Assembly: GCA_965213925.1 (NCBI GenBank)
Contig: OZ243927.1
Span: 32,001-96,000, forward strand
Origin: Trueperaceae bacterium
Lineage (GTDB): Bacteria > Deinococcota > Deinococci > Deinococcales > Trueperaceae
Length of the DNA stretch: 64,000 nt
Reading direction: 5' to 3'
Part shown: positions 10,010 through 19,520 of the stretch, piece after piece
How the letters are laid out: the number at the start of each line of letters is the position of its first letter
Numbering within the stretch: position 1 is the stretch's first letter
The notes under the pieces: model-generated
What the model was told of the DNA's origin: nothing
The model's database searches: none
The model's input: only the letters and a program-made list of their open reading frames with translations
Made by a program: the position numbers and the translations under genes

Positions 10010-10504
10010 CTAGCTCGTTCGGCGTCCCTTAGCCAACGTCGCTCTGGAGATGGCGGCGCAGAGTTCGCCGGGCTTATCCGTGCCGACGATGAGCGTACGC
10101 CCGTCCGCGAGTTTGAGTTCGACGCCTTCCGGACTGAGGAAGCCGAAAAGCCACCTCGAGGGGTCCGAGGAGAAACGCAGCCCCGTCTTGCGCCACGCGG
10201 GTATGGCGACCTCTTCGTGCCCTAAAATGTCCTCCACAGGAATCGCCACCCTATCGATTGGCAACCCGAACCAGACGACCACGCGCTCGTGCGCCACCTC
10301 CACCGTGACCGTCGAAAAGGCGTAGAGGAGCCCGCCGACGAGTGCCAGTAGGAGAAGCAAGGGTTCAGAGGGCAAGCTCGGGTACGCCAGCGTCATGACA
10401 AAGACGCCAGCAACAAGAGAGATAAAAAGCCAGCTTAGCGCCGGGGCGCGCTGGGTGTGGCGGTAAAACGCGTTCGTGTTTTGGGGCAAGTAGTTCGTTT
10501 CCAT
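10010..10504 (-). CDS. Hypothetical membrane protein
   Basis: Two hydrophobic helices then a soluble tail (IVGTDKPGEL); co-oriented in the moxR-DUF58 run. Confidence 0.65.
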   Translation of the reverse strand: METNYLPQNTNAFYRHTQRAPALSWLFISLVAGVFVMTLAYPSLPSEPLLLLLALVGGLLYAFSTVTVEVAHERVVVWFGLPIDRVAIPVEDILGHEEVAIPAWRKTGLRFSSDPSRWLFGFLSPEGVELKLADGRTLIVGTDKPGELCAAISRATLAKGRRTS

Positions 10505-10538
10505 AGGGGAACCTAAAATGGGTCAGGCGTAGACGCCG

Positions 10539-11525
<987 letters not shown>

Positions 11526-11793
11526 AGGCTCCCTAAATATCTCAACAGATGAGTATTGGCGCTCGAGGCTTATCAAACGCGACGACTAATCAGTACAGGT
11601 CAGCGACGCGTCAATGCTAAAAGCATAAACATTCTCGGCGCTAAGCTGTGTAATCGGTGGTCGAAAGGACGATGAGGGAATGAGGAAGAGCGACGCCACC
11701 TTTCCTCAATCTCTCCGCTGCGCCGTCTCCACATCCCCCACCGCCCGGAACGCAATCTGTAGCAGGGCTACCGCAAGTCACGTCAGTCGCAGC

Positions 11794-11823
11794 TTGACAC
11801 AAGGTAGACGAGGCCCATATACT
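11794..11823 (+). promoter_or_regulatory. Promoter of tRNA cluster
   Basis: TTGACA-18 nt-TATACT, 12 nt before tRNA-Lys. Confidence 0.75.
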
Positions 11824-11835
11824 GCTAAAGCTGTT

Positions 11836-11911
<76 letters not shown>

Positions 11912-11915
11912 AAAT

Positions 11916-11990
11916 GGCCCCTTCGACTAGCGGTTAGGTCACCACCCTTTCAAGGTGGCGGCACGGGTTCGAACCCCGTAGGGGTCACCA
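11916..11990 (+). tRNA. tRNA-Glu(TTC)
   Basis: GGCCCCT...AGGGGTC-ACCA; anticodon arm CCACC-CTTTCAA-GGTGG. Confidence 0.97.
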
Positions 11991-12006
11991 GCAGTTGAAA
12001 AGAGAT

Positions 12007-12039
12007 TGGTATCATCCTAGAGGTGATACCAGCTTTTTT
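12007..12039 (+). terminator. Intrinsic terminator after tRNA-Glu
   Basis: TGGTATCA...TGATACCA stem followed by GCTTTTTT. Confidence 0.6.
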
Positions 12040-12116
12040 CTCAAGAGGTATCAGAAACAACTTTAAGTCGAGCAGGTTACAACCAATAGCGCTTACTAGT
12101 TGATGATACCGACCTC

Positions 12117-12189
12117 GGGCGATTAGCTCAGTTGGAAGAGCGCCTCCCTTACAAGGAGGATGTCGGCGGTTCGAGCCCGTCATCGCCCA
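12117..12189 (+). tRNA. tRNA-Val(TAC), CCA not encoded; integration target
   Basis: GGGCGAT...ATCGCCC-A; anticodon arm CCTCC-CTTACAA-GGAGG. Confidence 0.96.
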
Positions 12190-12214
12190 CTCAAAAAAGA
12201 GCGTCAGAGACGCA
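12147..12214 (+). repeat. attL (3' half of tRNA-Val plus downstream bases)
   Basis: CCTTACAAGGAGGATGTCGGCGGTTCGAGCCCGTCATCGCCCACTCAAAAA exact 51 bp, extending to GCGTCAGAGACGCA. Confidence 0.93.
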
Positions 12215-12216
12215 GT

Positions 12217-12254
12217 AACCGGAGTAGTCAAAGAAGCTACTCCGGTTCTCTTTT
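12217..12254 (+). terminator. Element-supplied terminator after tRNA-Val
   Basis: AACCGGAGTAG / CTACTCCGGTT 11-bp stem followed by CTCTTTT. Confidence 0.65.
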
Positions 12255-12298
12255 GGCAAATGGCTGCTTAACGGCTGCTACGGATAGCAAGGCTAGAT

Positions 12299-13717
12299 AT
12301 GTCTAGCTCGCTACCATCACACAGCACAGATAAAAACTTCTTTGAAGTCGAACGCCCCTTAGAGGGTTTCAAGACAGGTATCACGCATGACGAGTGGCTC
12401 GAGCGCGTCAAGCAGTCGTTTGGCGTAGATGATGCAGGGTGGCAAACGCTCATAGAACGTAGCAGGGACACGCCTTCCCCCTTGTTACCTTCTAGGAACA
12501 ATTCAAAGCCAGCCCAAAAGCAGCCTGACCCCTGGACGGAACGCCCCGCGTTCCGCTTCCCCCGCGCTTATGTCCAAGCGTGCGGCAAAGGCACGTTGGG
12601 TCTCAAGTACGAGTCTGGGCGCATCGCCTTCAGTGCCCTTTCCTGTAACTCCTGGAGTTGCCCGTCATGCCGCCCCGCAAAATCAGCGGGATTGTTAGAT
12701 CGCCTGAGACGTGGTTTAGAATCGCGCCCCGATAGCAACCTCGGTCTAGTCACACCGACGCTTGACCCGGCACGCTTCGGCGGCGTTTGCGTGGGTACGG
12801 GCTACTACACCCAAGAAGGTCAGCCCTGGCAACCCTACGCCACGAATAAAACGCAGTTGGACACGCTGTTACGGTCAGGTCAGATACGCGCCGCGAAGAT
12901 GTACGCCGCGCCTACCCCTACGCAGTACGAACGCGCTTATAGAGCGATGAGTAAAGAAATCAACCGTCTCCTCTCTCGACTTCGCCATATTTGTAAAAAA
13001 CTCAACCTGCCTATGTTCGGTTATTTTCGCGTGGTGGAGTTGCACCGCAACGGATGGCCGCACTATCATTTAATCTTTCAACATCCAACGCTGACGGTTG
13101 ACGACGTTGCTACACAGCTTGAGGGATGGTCACTAGGGAGAATTCACTTCGAAGTGATTGAGGCTGACTTTGAGAACGGTAAGAGCGCTATTGATGTCGC
13201 TGTGGGTGAGGTTGCGCCCTACCTCGTAACCTCTGAAAGCTCGCACAAGGCGTACCAGTTTGCAGCGGACGCGCTACCCGCTAACTTTCGCTTGTGGACA
13301 TGCTCACGCGGCTTTCTAGCCGATGCACAGCCCTCCGAGTCAGAAGACCCTGTAGTGCAAGGTATCGCGCTTAAAGGGCACTTCACAGACTATCAGCGGA
13401 TGTACGAGCAGCACATGGTTTCGCGTGAACCGCTCAGCACGTCGTTAGAGCTTGTCCATGTTAAAAAAGGAACGGTGCGCGTTATACCCCCTCAACACAG
13501 ATACAGTGTTACAGCGCTCCCAGACGCGAAAAAACCGAATCAGCCTGTACGTGCAATTTCACATGTCTACCTCAAAGGAGACGACGCGCCTTTGTTCTTT
13601 GCGAACTTGGTTCACGCTGAAACGTTGCACGTGCCGCCGAAGTGGATTGCGCCTGATGGGAAGTTTAGCCAAGAGGACAGATACAAGTTTTTTAAGCTAT
13701 TAGTACGCCGTAGTTAG
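12299..13717 (+). CDS. Rolling-circle replication initiator (HUH endonuclease) with CxxxxCxxC motif
   Basis: CNSWSCPSC; motif 1-like LVTPTLDP; motif 2 VVELHRNGWPHYHLI; motif 3-like APYLV. Confidence 0.8.
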   Translation: MSSSLPSHSTDKNFFEVERPLEGFKTGITHDEWLERVKQSFGVDDAGWQTLIERSRDTPSPLLPSRNNSKPAQKQPDPWTERPAFRFPRAYVQACGKGTLGLKYESGRIAFSALSCNSWSCPSCRPAKSAGLLDRLRRGLESRPDSNLGLVTPTLDPARFGGVCVGTGYYTQEGQPWQPYATNKTQLDTLLRSGQIRAAKMYAAPTPTQYERAYRAMSKEINRLLSRLRHICKKLNLPMFGYFRVVELHRNGWPHYHLIFQHPTLTVDDVATQLEGWSLGRIHFEVIEADFENGKSAIDVAVGEVAPYLVTSESSHKAYQFAADALPANFRLWTCSRGFLADAQPSESEDPVVQGIALKGHFTDYQRMYEQHMVSREPLSTSLELVHVKKGTVRVIPPQHRYSVTALPDAKKPNQPVRAISHVYLKGDDAPLFFANLVHAETLHVPPKWIAPDGKFSQEDRYKFFKLLVRRS

Positions 13718-13751
13718 CTCGCATCAGGTATTGCTTGTGCAGCTTATCCGC

Positions 13752-13785
13752 TTGACAATTATAGGACACAACATTATTGTTGTGT
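13752..13785 (+). promoter_or_regulatory. Leaderless promoter with overlapping palindromic operator
   Basis: TTGACA(13752)-17-TATTGT(13775)-6 nt-ATG; perfect ACACAACA-TTAT-TGTTGTGT at 13766-13785. Confidence 0.75.
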
Positions 13786-13786
13786 T

Positions 13787-14347
13787 ATGATACCTCTTTT
13801 TGAAGCCAATGGGAATCTTCCACCGGGGCTTCATGAAGCTACTTGGCAAGAATTTACTTCGAGGTTTGGAGAAACTAAGCACAGGAGGGAGTTGCTTAAA
13901 GGTCTATATATCGCATTAAAAGCTTTGAAGTTGGCAGGATGTAAGCACGCCTATATAGATGGAAGCTTTACTACTACGAAAGCAGTGCCAGACTTTGATG
14001 GTTGTTGGGATGAGGAAGGAGTCAATGTAGAACTACTATTTGCCACGGAACCCGCTCTTCTTCAGTTTGACAATAAAAGGGCGGCACAGAAAGCAAGATT
14101 GCCAGACGACTTTGATGGTTGTTGGGATGAGGAAGGAGTCAATGTAGAACTACTATTTGCCACGGAACCCGCTCTTCTTCAGTTTGACAATAAAAGGGCG
14201 GCACAGAAAGCAAGATTCGGGGGTGAACTTTTTCCCTCTGGATTTCCCGCCGATAAACAACAGAGAACATTTCTTCAGTTCTTTCAGATAGATAGGGATG
14301 GTAATCCGAAGGGAATTATAGTTCTCGCATTGGAGAGCTTGCCATGA
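13787..14347 (+). CDS. DUF6932-like putative nucleotidyltransferase with internal tandem duplication
   Basis: GNLPPGLH, YIDGSFTTTK..PxDFD, FFQIDRDGNPKGII; GS...DxD nucleotidyltransferase signature. Confidence 0.75.
   Translation: MIPLFEANGNLPPGLHEATWQEFTSRFGETKHRRELLKGLYIALKALKLAGCKHAYIDGSFTTTKAVPDFDGCWDEEGVNVELLFATEPALLQFDNKRAAQKARLPDDFDGCWDEEGVNVELLFATEPALLQFDNKRAAQKARFGGELFPSGFPADKQQRTFLQFFQIDRDGNPKGIIVLALESLP
13991..14217 (+). repeat. 110-bp exact tandem duplication (13991-14100 and 14108-14217)
   Basis: GACTTTGATGGTTGTTGGG...GAAAGCAAGATT occurs twice; frame preserved. Confidence 0.95.
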
Positions 14348-15801
14348 TCAAGAATGAGCGACAATACAAGATCACAAAGAATCAAGCAGAGCGTTTTCAA
14401 GCTGCTTTAGAAGACTTAACTCGCACTCAAAATAAAGCGGACATTCACCCTATTCTACTCAAAGCTCAACAAGAGTCTTTAAGTAGTCAATTGGATGATC
14501 TCCTCGAGGAGATTGAAGAATACGAAGCTTTGCAAAGTGGTCACTACTCAGTTGTTGAACTAACCTCGCTAGAAAACTTCGCTCTTGCATTGATTCAAGC
14601 TCGTATAGCTGCAGGACTCACTCAGAATGACCTTGCTGCAAAATTGGGAATGAGAGAGCAGCAAATTCAAAGATATGAAGCAACGGAATATGCATCAGCG
14701 AGCCTTGCTGTCATACAAAAAGTGATTGATGCATTGGGAATAAGTATTCGAGAGGATATATTCTTACCAGGTGTCGATGTATCCCTCAAAAAGTTGTTCA
14801 GCCGATTAAGCAGTATTGGTATTGATCGCGAGTTCGCAACTAAAAGGCTTATACCAACTTCTATCGATCCTGACTTAGAAGAGTACGATGGAAGTCAGGT
14901 AGCTCTACAAATTGCAGCTAATGTGAACCGTGTCTTCGGTATTAGCGCTTCCCAAATCTTTGGAGATAGCACTTTGTTGCTTCCTAGTACGCCCTTAGTA
15001 GCTGCTCGTTTCAAAAAGTCGGAAGTAGTTAATGAGAATCGATTACATGCGTTTACGGTATATGCGCATTACATTGCGGCATTAGTTTTTGATGCCGTAC
15101 AACATCTACCGAAGAGAGCTATTCCCAATGAAGCTGATTTTGTTAGAGAAGCCATTCTGTCAACTGAGGGTACTATTTCTTTTGAAAGCGCTTTGAAGTA
15201 CGCATGGAGTTTAGGTATAGCAGTGATTCCTCTAGCTGACGCAGGGGCTTTTCATGGAGCATTCTGGCGCATAAGGGGGCGTAATTTGATCATACTAAAG
15301 CAACGAAATCAATCACAGGTCAGATGGCTCTTTGACCTTCTCCACGAGATGTATCACGCTGCTCAAGAACCTGAAGCTGAAGAAAGAATGATCATCGAAG
15401 AGGAAGAAATCACGCACTCTGAAGGGGGTTCGGATGATTTCAGCGATTCCGAATGGGAAGAGGTTGAAGCAAGCGATTTTGCAGATGATGTTGTGCTTGC
15501 TGGTATAGCGGATGATCTTGCTAAGCGTGCAGTTGAGCGAGCTAACGGTAGAACTGAGCGCTTGAAAGCTGTTGTGCCTCAAATTGCAGAGGAGGCAAAT
15601 GTACCCGTTGATTCTTTGGCTAATTACATTGCTTATCGTCTATCCCTACAAGGTATGGATTGGTGGGGTGCTGCCACGAATCTTCAGCAAATTGAGCCGC
15701 AGCCTTGGGAGATCGCACGAGAGTTTTTGATAGCGAATGTAGACCTCTCAAAAATTAACCCCATTGATCAAAAACTGCTTATGCAGGCTATAAGTTATTA
15801 G
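14344..15801 (+). CDS. XRE-HTH regulator fused to ImmA/IrrE (M78) metallopeptidase domain
   Basis: ARIAAGLTQNDLAAKLGMREQQIQRYE HTH; FDLLHEMYH (HExxH) and EVEASDFA; ATGA overlap. Confidence 0.85.
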   Translation: MIKNERQYKITKNQAERFQAALEDLTRTQNKADIHPILLKAQQESLSSQLDDLLEEIEEYEALQSGHYSVVELTSLENFALALIQARIAAGLTQNDLAAKLGMREQQIQRYEATEYASASLAVIQKVIDALGISIREDIFLPGVDVSLKKLFSRLSSIGIDREFATKRLIPTSIDPDLEEYDGSQVALQIAANVNRVFGISASQIFGDSTLLLPSTPLVAARFKKSEVVNENRLHAFTVYAHYIAALVFDAVQHLPKRAIPNEADFVREAILSTEGTISFESALKYAWSLGIAVIPLADAGAFHGAFWRIRGRNLIILKQRNQSQVRWLFDLLHEMYHAAQEPEAEERMIIEEEEITHSEGGSDDFSDSEWEEVEASDFADDVVLAGIADDLAKRAVERANGRTERLKAVVPQIAEEANVPVDSLANYIAYRLSLQGMDWWGAATNLQQIEPQPWEIAREFLIANVDLSKINPIDQKLLMQAISY

Positions 15802-15810
15802 GAGTTTACA

Positions 15811-16434
15811 ATGACAAAGCAAAGGCGTAAGAAAAGCGACCTTGAACCCCTGAAAATTTCTTGTACTAGTTCGAATTGCGATGAAGATTTACATTGCTTC
15901 AAAGCTACTAGACGAATGAAATTGGACGATGAAATAGGCATGTGTCGTTCTTGTGGCGTTGATCTTGTAGAGTGGGATCGCTTGAATGAGCGTAACTTAA
16001 ATGATGTCGCATATACTTTCGAAGCGTTGAGGAGAGAGCTTATAAGACATTTCTTTTGGCATGTGGATATAGATCAGAAGGCTATAAACTACGCCCGTCG
16101 TAAAGGTAAAAAAGGGATGAAAGAAGCCGTTCGCAAACGCATAGAAAGCTCAGTTGGTCCAGAGCAACCTTATCGCGACGGAACTCAAACTAAAATGCAA
16201 GATTGTGGCAACCCAATTCACTATGCACAACATGCAACCGCCTCGTGCTGTCGCACTTGCATCGAGTACTGGCATGGGATACCAAAAGGGCGTGAATTAA
16301 GTGGAGAAGAAGTAGAATACCTGTCTCAGTTAGTCATCTTGTATGTAAACGAAAGACTACCTTTTCTTTCTGAAAACGGAGAGAAGGTAGCGCCGATTCG
16401 TAAACCAAAACAGAAGGAATTGAGTGCTAAGTAA
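15811..16434 (+). CDS. DUF4186-family protein with Cys-rich N-terminal extension
   Basis: DGTQT, NPIHYAQHATASCCRTCIEYWHGIPKGRELS; N-terminal CTSSNC-HC-CRSC; AGGAG SD. Confidence 0.75.
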   Translation: MTKQRRKKSDLEPLKISCTSSNCDEDLHCFKATRRMKLDDEIGMCRSCGVDLVEWDRLNERNLNDVAYTFEALRRELIRHFFWHVDIDQKAINYARRKGKKGMKEAVRKRIESSVGPEQPYRDGTQTKMQDCGNPIHYAQHATASCCRTCIEYWHGIPKGRELSGEEVEYLSQLVILYVNERLPFLSENGEKVAPIRKPKQKELSAK

Positions 16435-17460
16435 ATGGGTTCAGCAAAAGCTATAAATACTGAGTCTGTATCTGCAAGTTATCGCTCAAAAGCTATCGAT
16501 TTAACAAATAAACGAATACTCATCACCAATTTCTTAGACACAGAACAGGAAAAAGACCTTACAACCCCGCCAAACTGTAACGGTTTTGGAAGAATAAGAC
16601 ATTTCCGCCGCCAGACAAGCGATGGTTGGCCTGTCAACCCGCTTCCTATAGACCCGGCGAGTAAGGCTCTAGGCTTATCGCATAGCGATATGATTAGGGC
16701 TCAGGTTTTCCAGAATGCTGTTTGCAATTGGAGATGTTTTTACTGCTTCGTCCCCTTCAGTCTGCTTTCGGCTAATTCTAAGTATTCAGACTGGCTTTCT
16801 GCGTCCGAACTGATGGGTCTCTATCTCGAGCAAAGCACTCCACCATCAATTATTGATCTCACTGGTGGACAACCCGATTTAGTACCCGAGTGGCTTGTAT
16901 GGATGATGCAAGAAATTACTGATCGTAAACTTGAGGAGAAAGTATATCTTTGGTCAGACGATAATCTCAGCACCGACTACTTTTGGAAATACCTTTCGAG
17001 TCGCGAGATTGATCTGATTCAGAACTATGAAGCTTATGGTCGCGTATGCTGCTTCAAAGGTTTCAATGAGTCTTCGTTTGCCTTCAATACACTGGCTGAG
17101 CCTAGCTTATTCTTCCAACAGTTTGAATTGATGAAAAGGCTGCTTTCGCTAAACCTTGATTTGTACTGTTACGTCACCTTCACCACACCTTCTCCCAAAT
17201 ATATCGAACGCGATATGAGTGATTTTATTGATCGGTTGCAAGAACTTGACGAACAGCTACCTTTGAGAACAATTCCTCTCGAAATACAAGTATTTACACC
17301 CGTAGAAAAACGCCTCAAAGATATTCATAGAACGGCGCTGGACAATCAACAAATTGCTGTGCGAGCTTGGCAGGCTGAGTTAGAGCAACGTTTTTCTCAG
17401 GAGGAACGCACACTCAACATAACAGCTATCAAGCTTAGGTCTAGGCAAAGATATAGTTAA
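16435..17460 (+). CDS. Radical SAM protein
   Basis: CNWRCFYC (CxxxCxxC), LTGGQPDL (GGEP-like); TAAATG coupling. Confidence 0.9.
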   Translation: MGSAKAINTESVSASYRSKAIDLTNKRILITNFLDTEQEKDLTTPPNCNGFGRIRHFRRQTSDGWPVNPLPIDPASKALGLSHSDMIRAQVFQNAVCNWRCFYCFVPFSLLSANSKYSDWLSASELMGLYLEQSTPPSIIDLTGGQPDLVPEWLVWMMQEITDRKLEEKVYLWSDDNLSTDYFWKYLSSREIDLIQNYEAYGRVCCFKGFNESSFAFNTLAEPSLFFQQFELMKRLLSLNLDLYCYVTFTTPSPKYIERDMSDFIDRLQELDEQLPLRTIPLEIQVFTPVEKRLKDIHRTALDNQQIAVRAWQAELEQRFSQEERTLNITAIKLRSRQRYS

Positions 17461-17480
17461 TGCTTTACTTAGAATAGCTT

Positions 17481-18011
17481 ATGATCAATCCTTCAGTCGA
17501 GCTTTATACGAAGCTCAAGAAAGCTGTATCAGGTGATGTCAAGTGGGAACATCGTATAGAAGCCCTGTCCCATCTCTACAATAGTGGAAATTCCACCCTT
17601 CACATTGCAATATTTATTGAGCCATTTCTTCAATTTGTACTTGATGGAACAAAAACATTGGAGTCACGTTTTTCGGTAAATAAACAAGCACCGTACTTAA
17701 CCTTAAATAGATACGATATCGTTTTAGTAAAACGGTCTGGAGGACCAATCGTAGCCATATCGTATGTAGAAGATGTTTGGTACTACGAACTAGACCCTTC
17801 TACCTGGAATACTATAAAAGATGATTTTTCTGTTCCTTTATGTATAAACAACACCTCTTTCTGGGATCAGAAATCTGCATCACAGTATGCAACTTTGATG
17901 CGGTTAGTCGATGTATTCCCTATTTCACCTATCGAATATAAGAAGCGTGATCAGCGAGGATGGGTAATTGTTGATTTAGAGCCTGTACAAGCGTATATGC
18001 TAGAGCTATGA
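17481..18011 (+). CDS. ASCH/PUA-domain protein
   Basis: HIAIFIEPFLQFVLDGTKTLESRFS (GxKxxExR). Confidence 0.75.
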   Translation: MINPSVELYTKLKKAVSGDVKWEHRIEALSHLYNSGNSTLHIAIFIEPFLQFVLDGTKTLESRFSVNKQAPYLTLNRYDIVLVKRSGGPIVAISYVEDVWYYELDPSTWNTIKDDFSVPLCINNTSFWDQKSASQYATLMRLVDVFPISPIEYKKRDQRGWVIVDLEPVQAYMLEL

Positions 18012-18565
18012 GCACTGTAGTAGTGAGTTTTGCTGGAGCAATAGCAAGCGGAAAAACGACGCTGACAGTAGAAGTGGCGCGGCTACTTAACTGCAAACGA
18101 GTAAGCTTTGGGGATCAAGTTCGTGCTATTGCATTGAAGTGCGGTAAAGAGCCCTCACGCGAAAATCTGCAAGCGATTGGCGAACAGCTAGTAACATACG
18201 ATATTGAGAATTTTTGCCGCGCAGTTCTCAAGCAAGGAGTATGGAAGCCAGGTCGATCTTTAGTAGTTGACGGTATCCGCCATAAAGAAGTACTAGATAC
18301 ATTGAAGATGATAGTCGCTCCGGCAAAGTTGGTACTGGTGTTTATTGATGTAAACCAAAGTACCCTTAGAGAACGTATTGAAGATAGAGCGCTATCAAAT
18401 AGAGAAATTGATGATATCCGACAGCACTCTACAGAAGTACAAGTAAGAAATGTTCTCCCTCTTGTAGCAGACCTTACGCTAGACGGTCGTAAATCGGTTG
18501 ACAAGTTGTCCAAAGAAGTAGTCGACTGGCTTTCTATGTACTCAATTCGAAACAATAAAATCTGA
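18008..18565 (+). CDS. P-loop nucleoside-monophosphate/dephospho-CoA kinase-like protein
   Basis: FAGAIASGKTT, SFGDQVR, VVDGIRH, HSTE; ATGA overlap. Confidence 0.8.
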   Translation: MSTVVVSFAGAIASGKTTLTVEVARLLNCKRVSFGDQVRAIALKCGKEPSRENLQAIGEQLVTYDIENFCRAVLKQGVWKPGRSLVVDGIRHKEVLDTLKMIVAPAKLVLVFIDVNQSTLRERIEDRALSNREIDDIRQHSTEVQVRNVLPLVADLTLDGRKSVDKLSKEVVDWLSMYSIRNNKI

Positions 18566-18632
18566 GCAACCCAATACAACATGCCGATTACATACCCTTT
18601 TTATATTGGAAGTGGAGATAGATATTCGATTT

Positions 18633-19415
18633 TCAGGCAATCTTCCACACCTCATCAACCGCTCGAGTCACATCCACCGTAAAATGAGATCGTCTTTTGG
18701 TATCGTGAATGTTACGTAGCGGGTTTATCTCAATCACTTCATCAATATGGTGCATCGCCCAAGCTTCTGCGATAAGCCTCTCGAGTAACGGCACTTTGCG
18801 CGGCATACCCTGAGTACCGCCAAGAATAGTGTTAGAACTTACCTCTCGCTTTTCGTGAAAGTAGTCTTTGTAGTCGATAAATATGCCTGATGCTCTGAGC
18901 GCCCGCTCAACATCTATAACCTCATGCTTGCTCGTAAACTTATCAAGCTCGTTGATTTTGTACCAAAAGTTTCCTAGTGCTGTCATTTCGAGTTTTCTTG
19001 GTTTTTCTTGTTCCTTGAGCAATCCCAAAAGCGTCCACATTTGCTCATACGCGCTTTTCTTTCGCTCTTCAAGCTCTCTTTTAGGAACATTAAGCCCAGC
19101 TAGGTCGTAAGCAGGGTAAATCGTAAAGGTAACGGGTCTTTCCCAGCACTTAGCAAGAATTTCTAAAGTACTAGGTCTATGCTGTAGATAACGATAGGCT
19201 ACAGCACCCTCACGAAGTTTGCGCTTCTCTTGACGTGTGATAATCGCTAGTACGTAAAGGGCGAACGCTTCATCTAGGGTGAAGCTACCTCTCTGACCAT
19301 AGTTTCCCGGCGAGCTTGGCGGCGGGACGTAACCCCTATTCCACCAGCTATAAATAGTAACCGCCGGAGTCTCGAGAAGCCTCTCCAACTCATCGCGGTC
19401 TATACGCTTCTCCAC
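18633..19415 (-). CDS. Putative element repressor with MerR-like N-terminal HTH
   Basis: DELERLLETPAVTIYSWWNRGYVPP; divergent from the xis-int operon. Confidence 0.6.
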   Translation of the reverse strand: MEKRIDRDELERLLETPAVTIYSWWNRGYVPPPSSPGNYGQRGSFTLDEAFALYVLAIITRQEKRKLREGAVAYRYLQHRPSTLEILAKCWERPVTFTIYPAYDLAGLNVPKRELEERKKSAYEQMWTLLGLLKEQEKPRKLEMTALGNFWYKINELDKFTSKHEVIDVERALRASGIFIDYKDYFHEKREVSSNTILGGTQGMPRKVPLLERLIAEAWAMHHIDEVIEINPLRNIHDTKRRSHFTVDVTRAVDEVWKIA

Positions 19416-19520
19416 GCCACACTTTACCTGTTACAATGTGAAATTCTTTACCCTAGATAGTATCTTGCGATTTACTACAAGGTAAGATAAGCTGTAACCA
19501 CCCGATAGGAGGTGGTAACG

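Noticed and set aside
16435..17460. Calling the radical SAM a viperin, QueE or MoaA
   Set aside because: Only generic radical SAM motifs are visible and no queC/queD/folE or moa neighbours are present; an HMM search is needed.
13787..18565. CBASS or Pycsar assignment
   Set aside because: The NTase is far smaller than a CD-NTase and no SAVED, patatin, TIR, transmembrane effector or cyclase was recognised.
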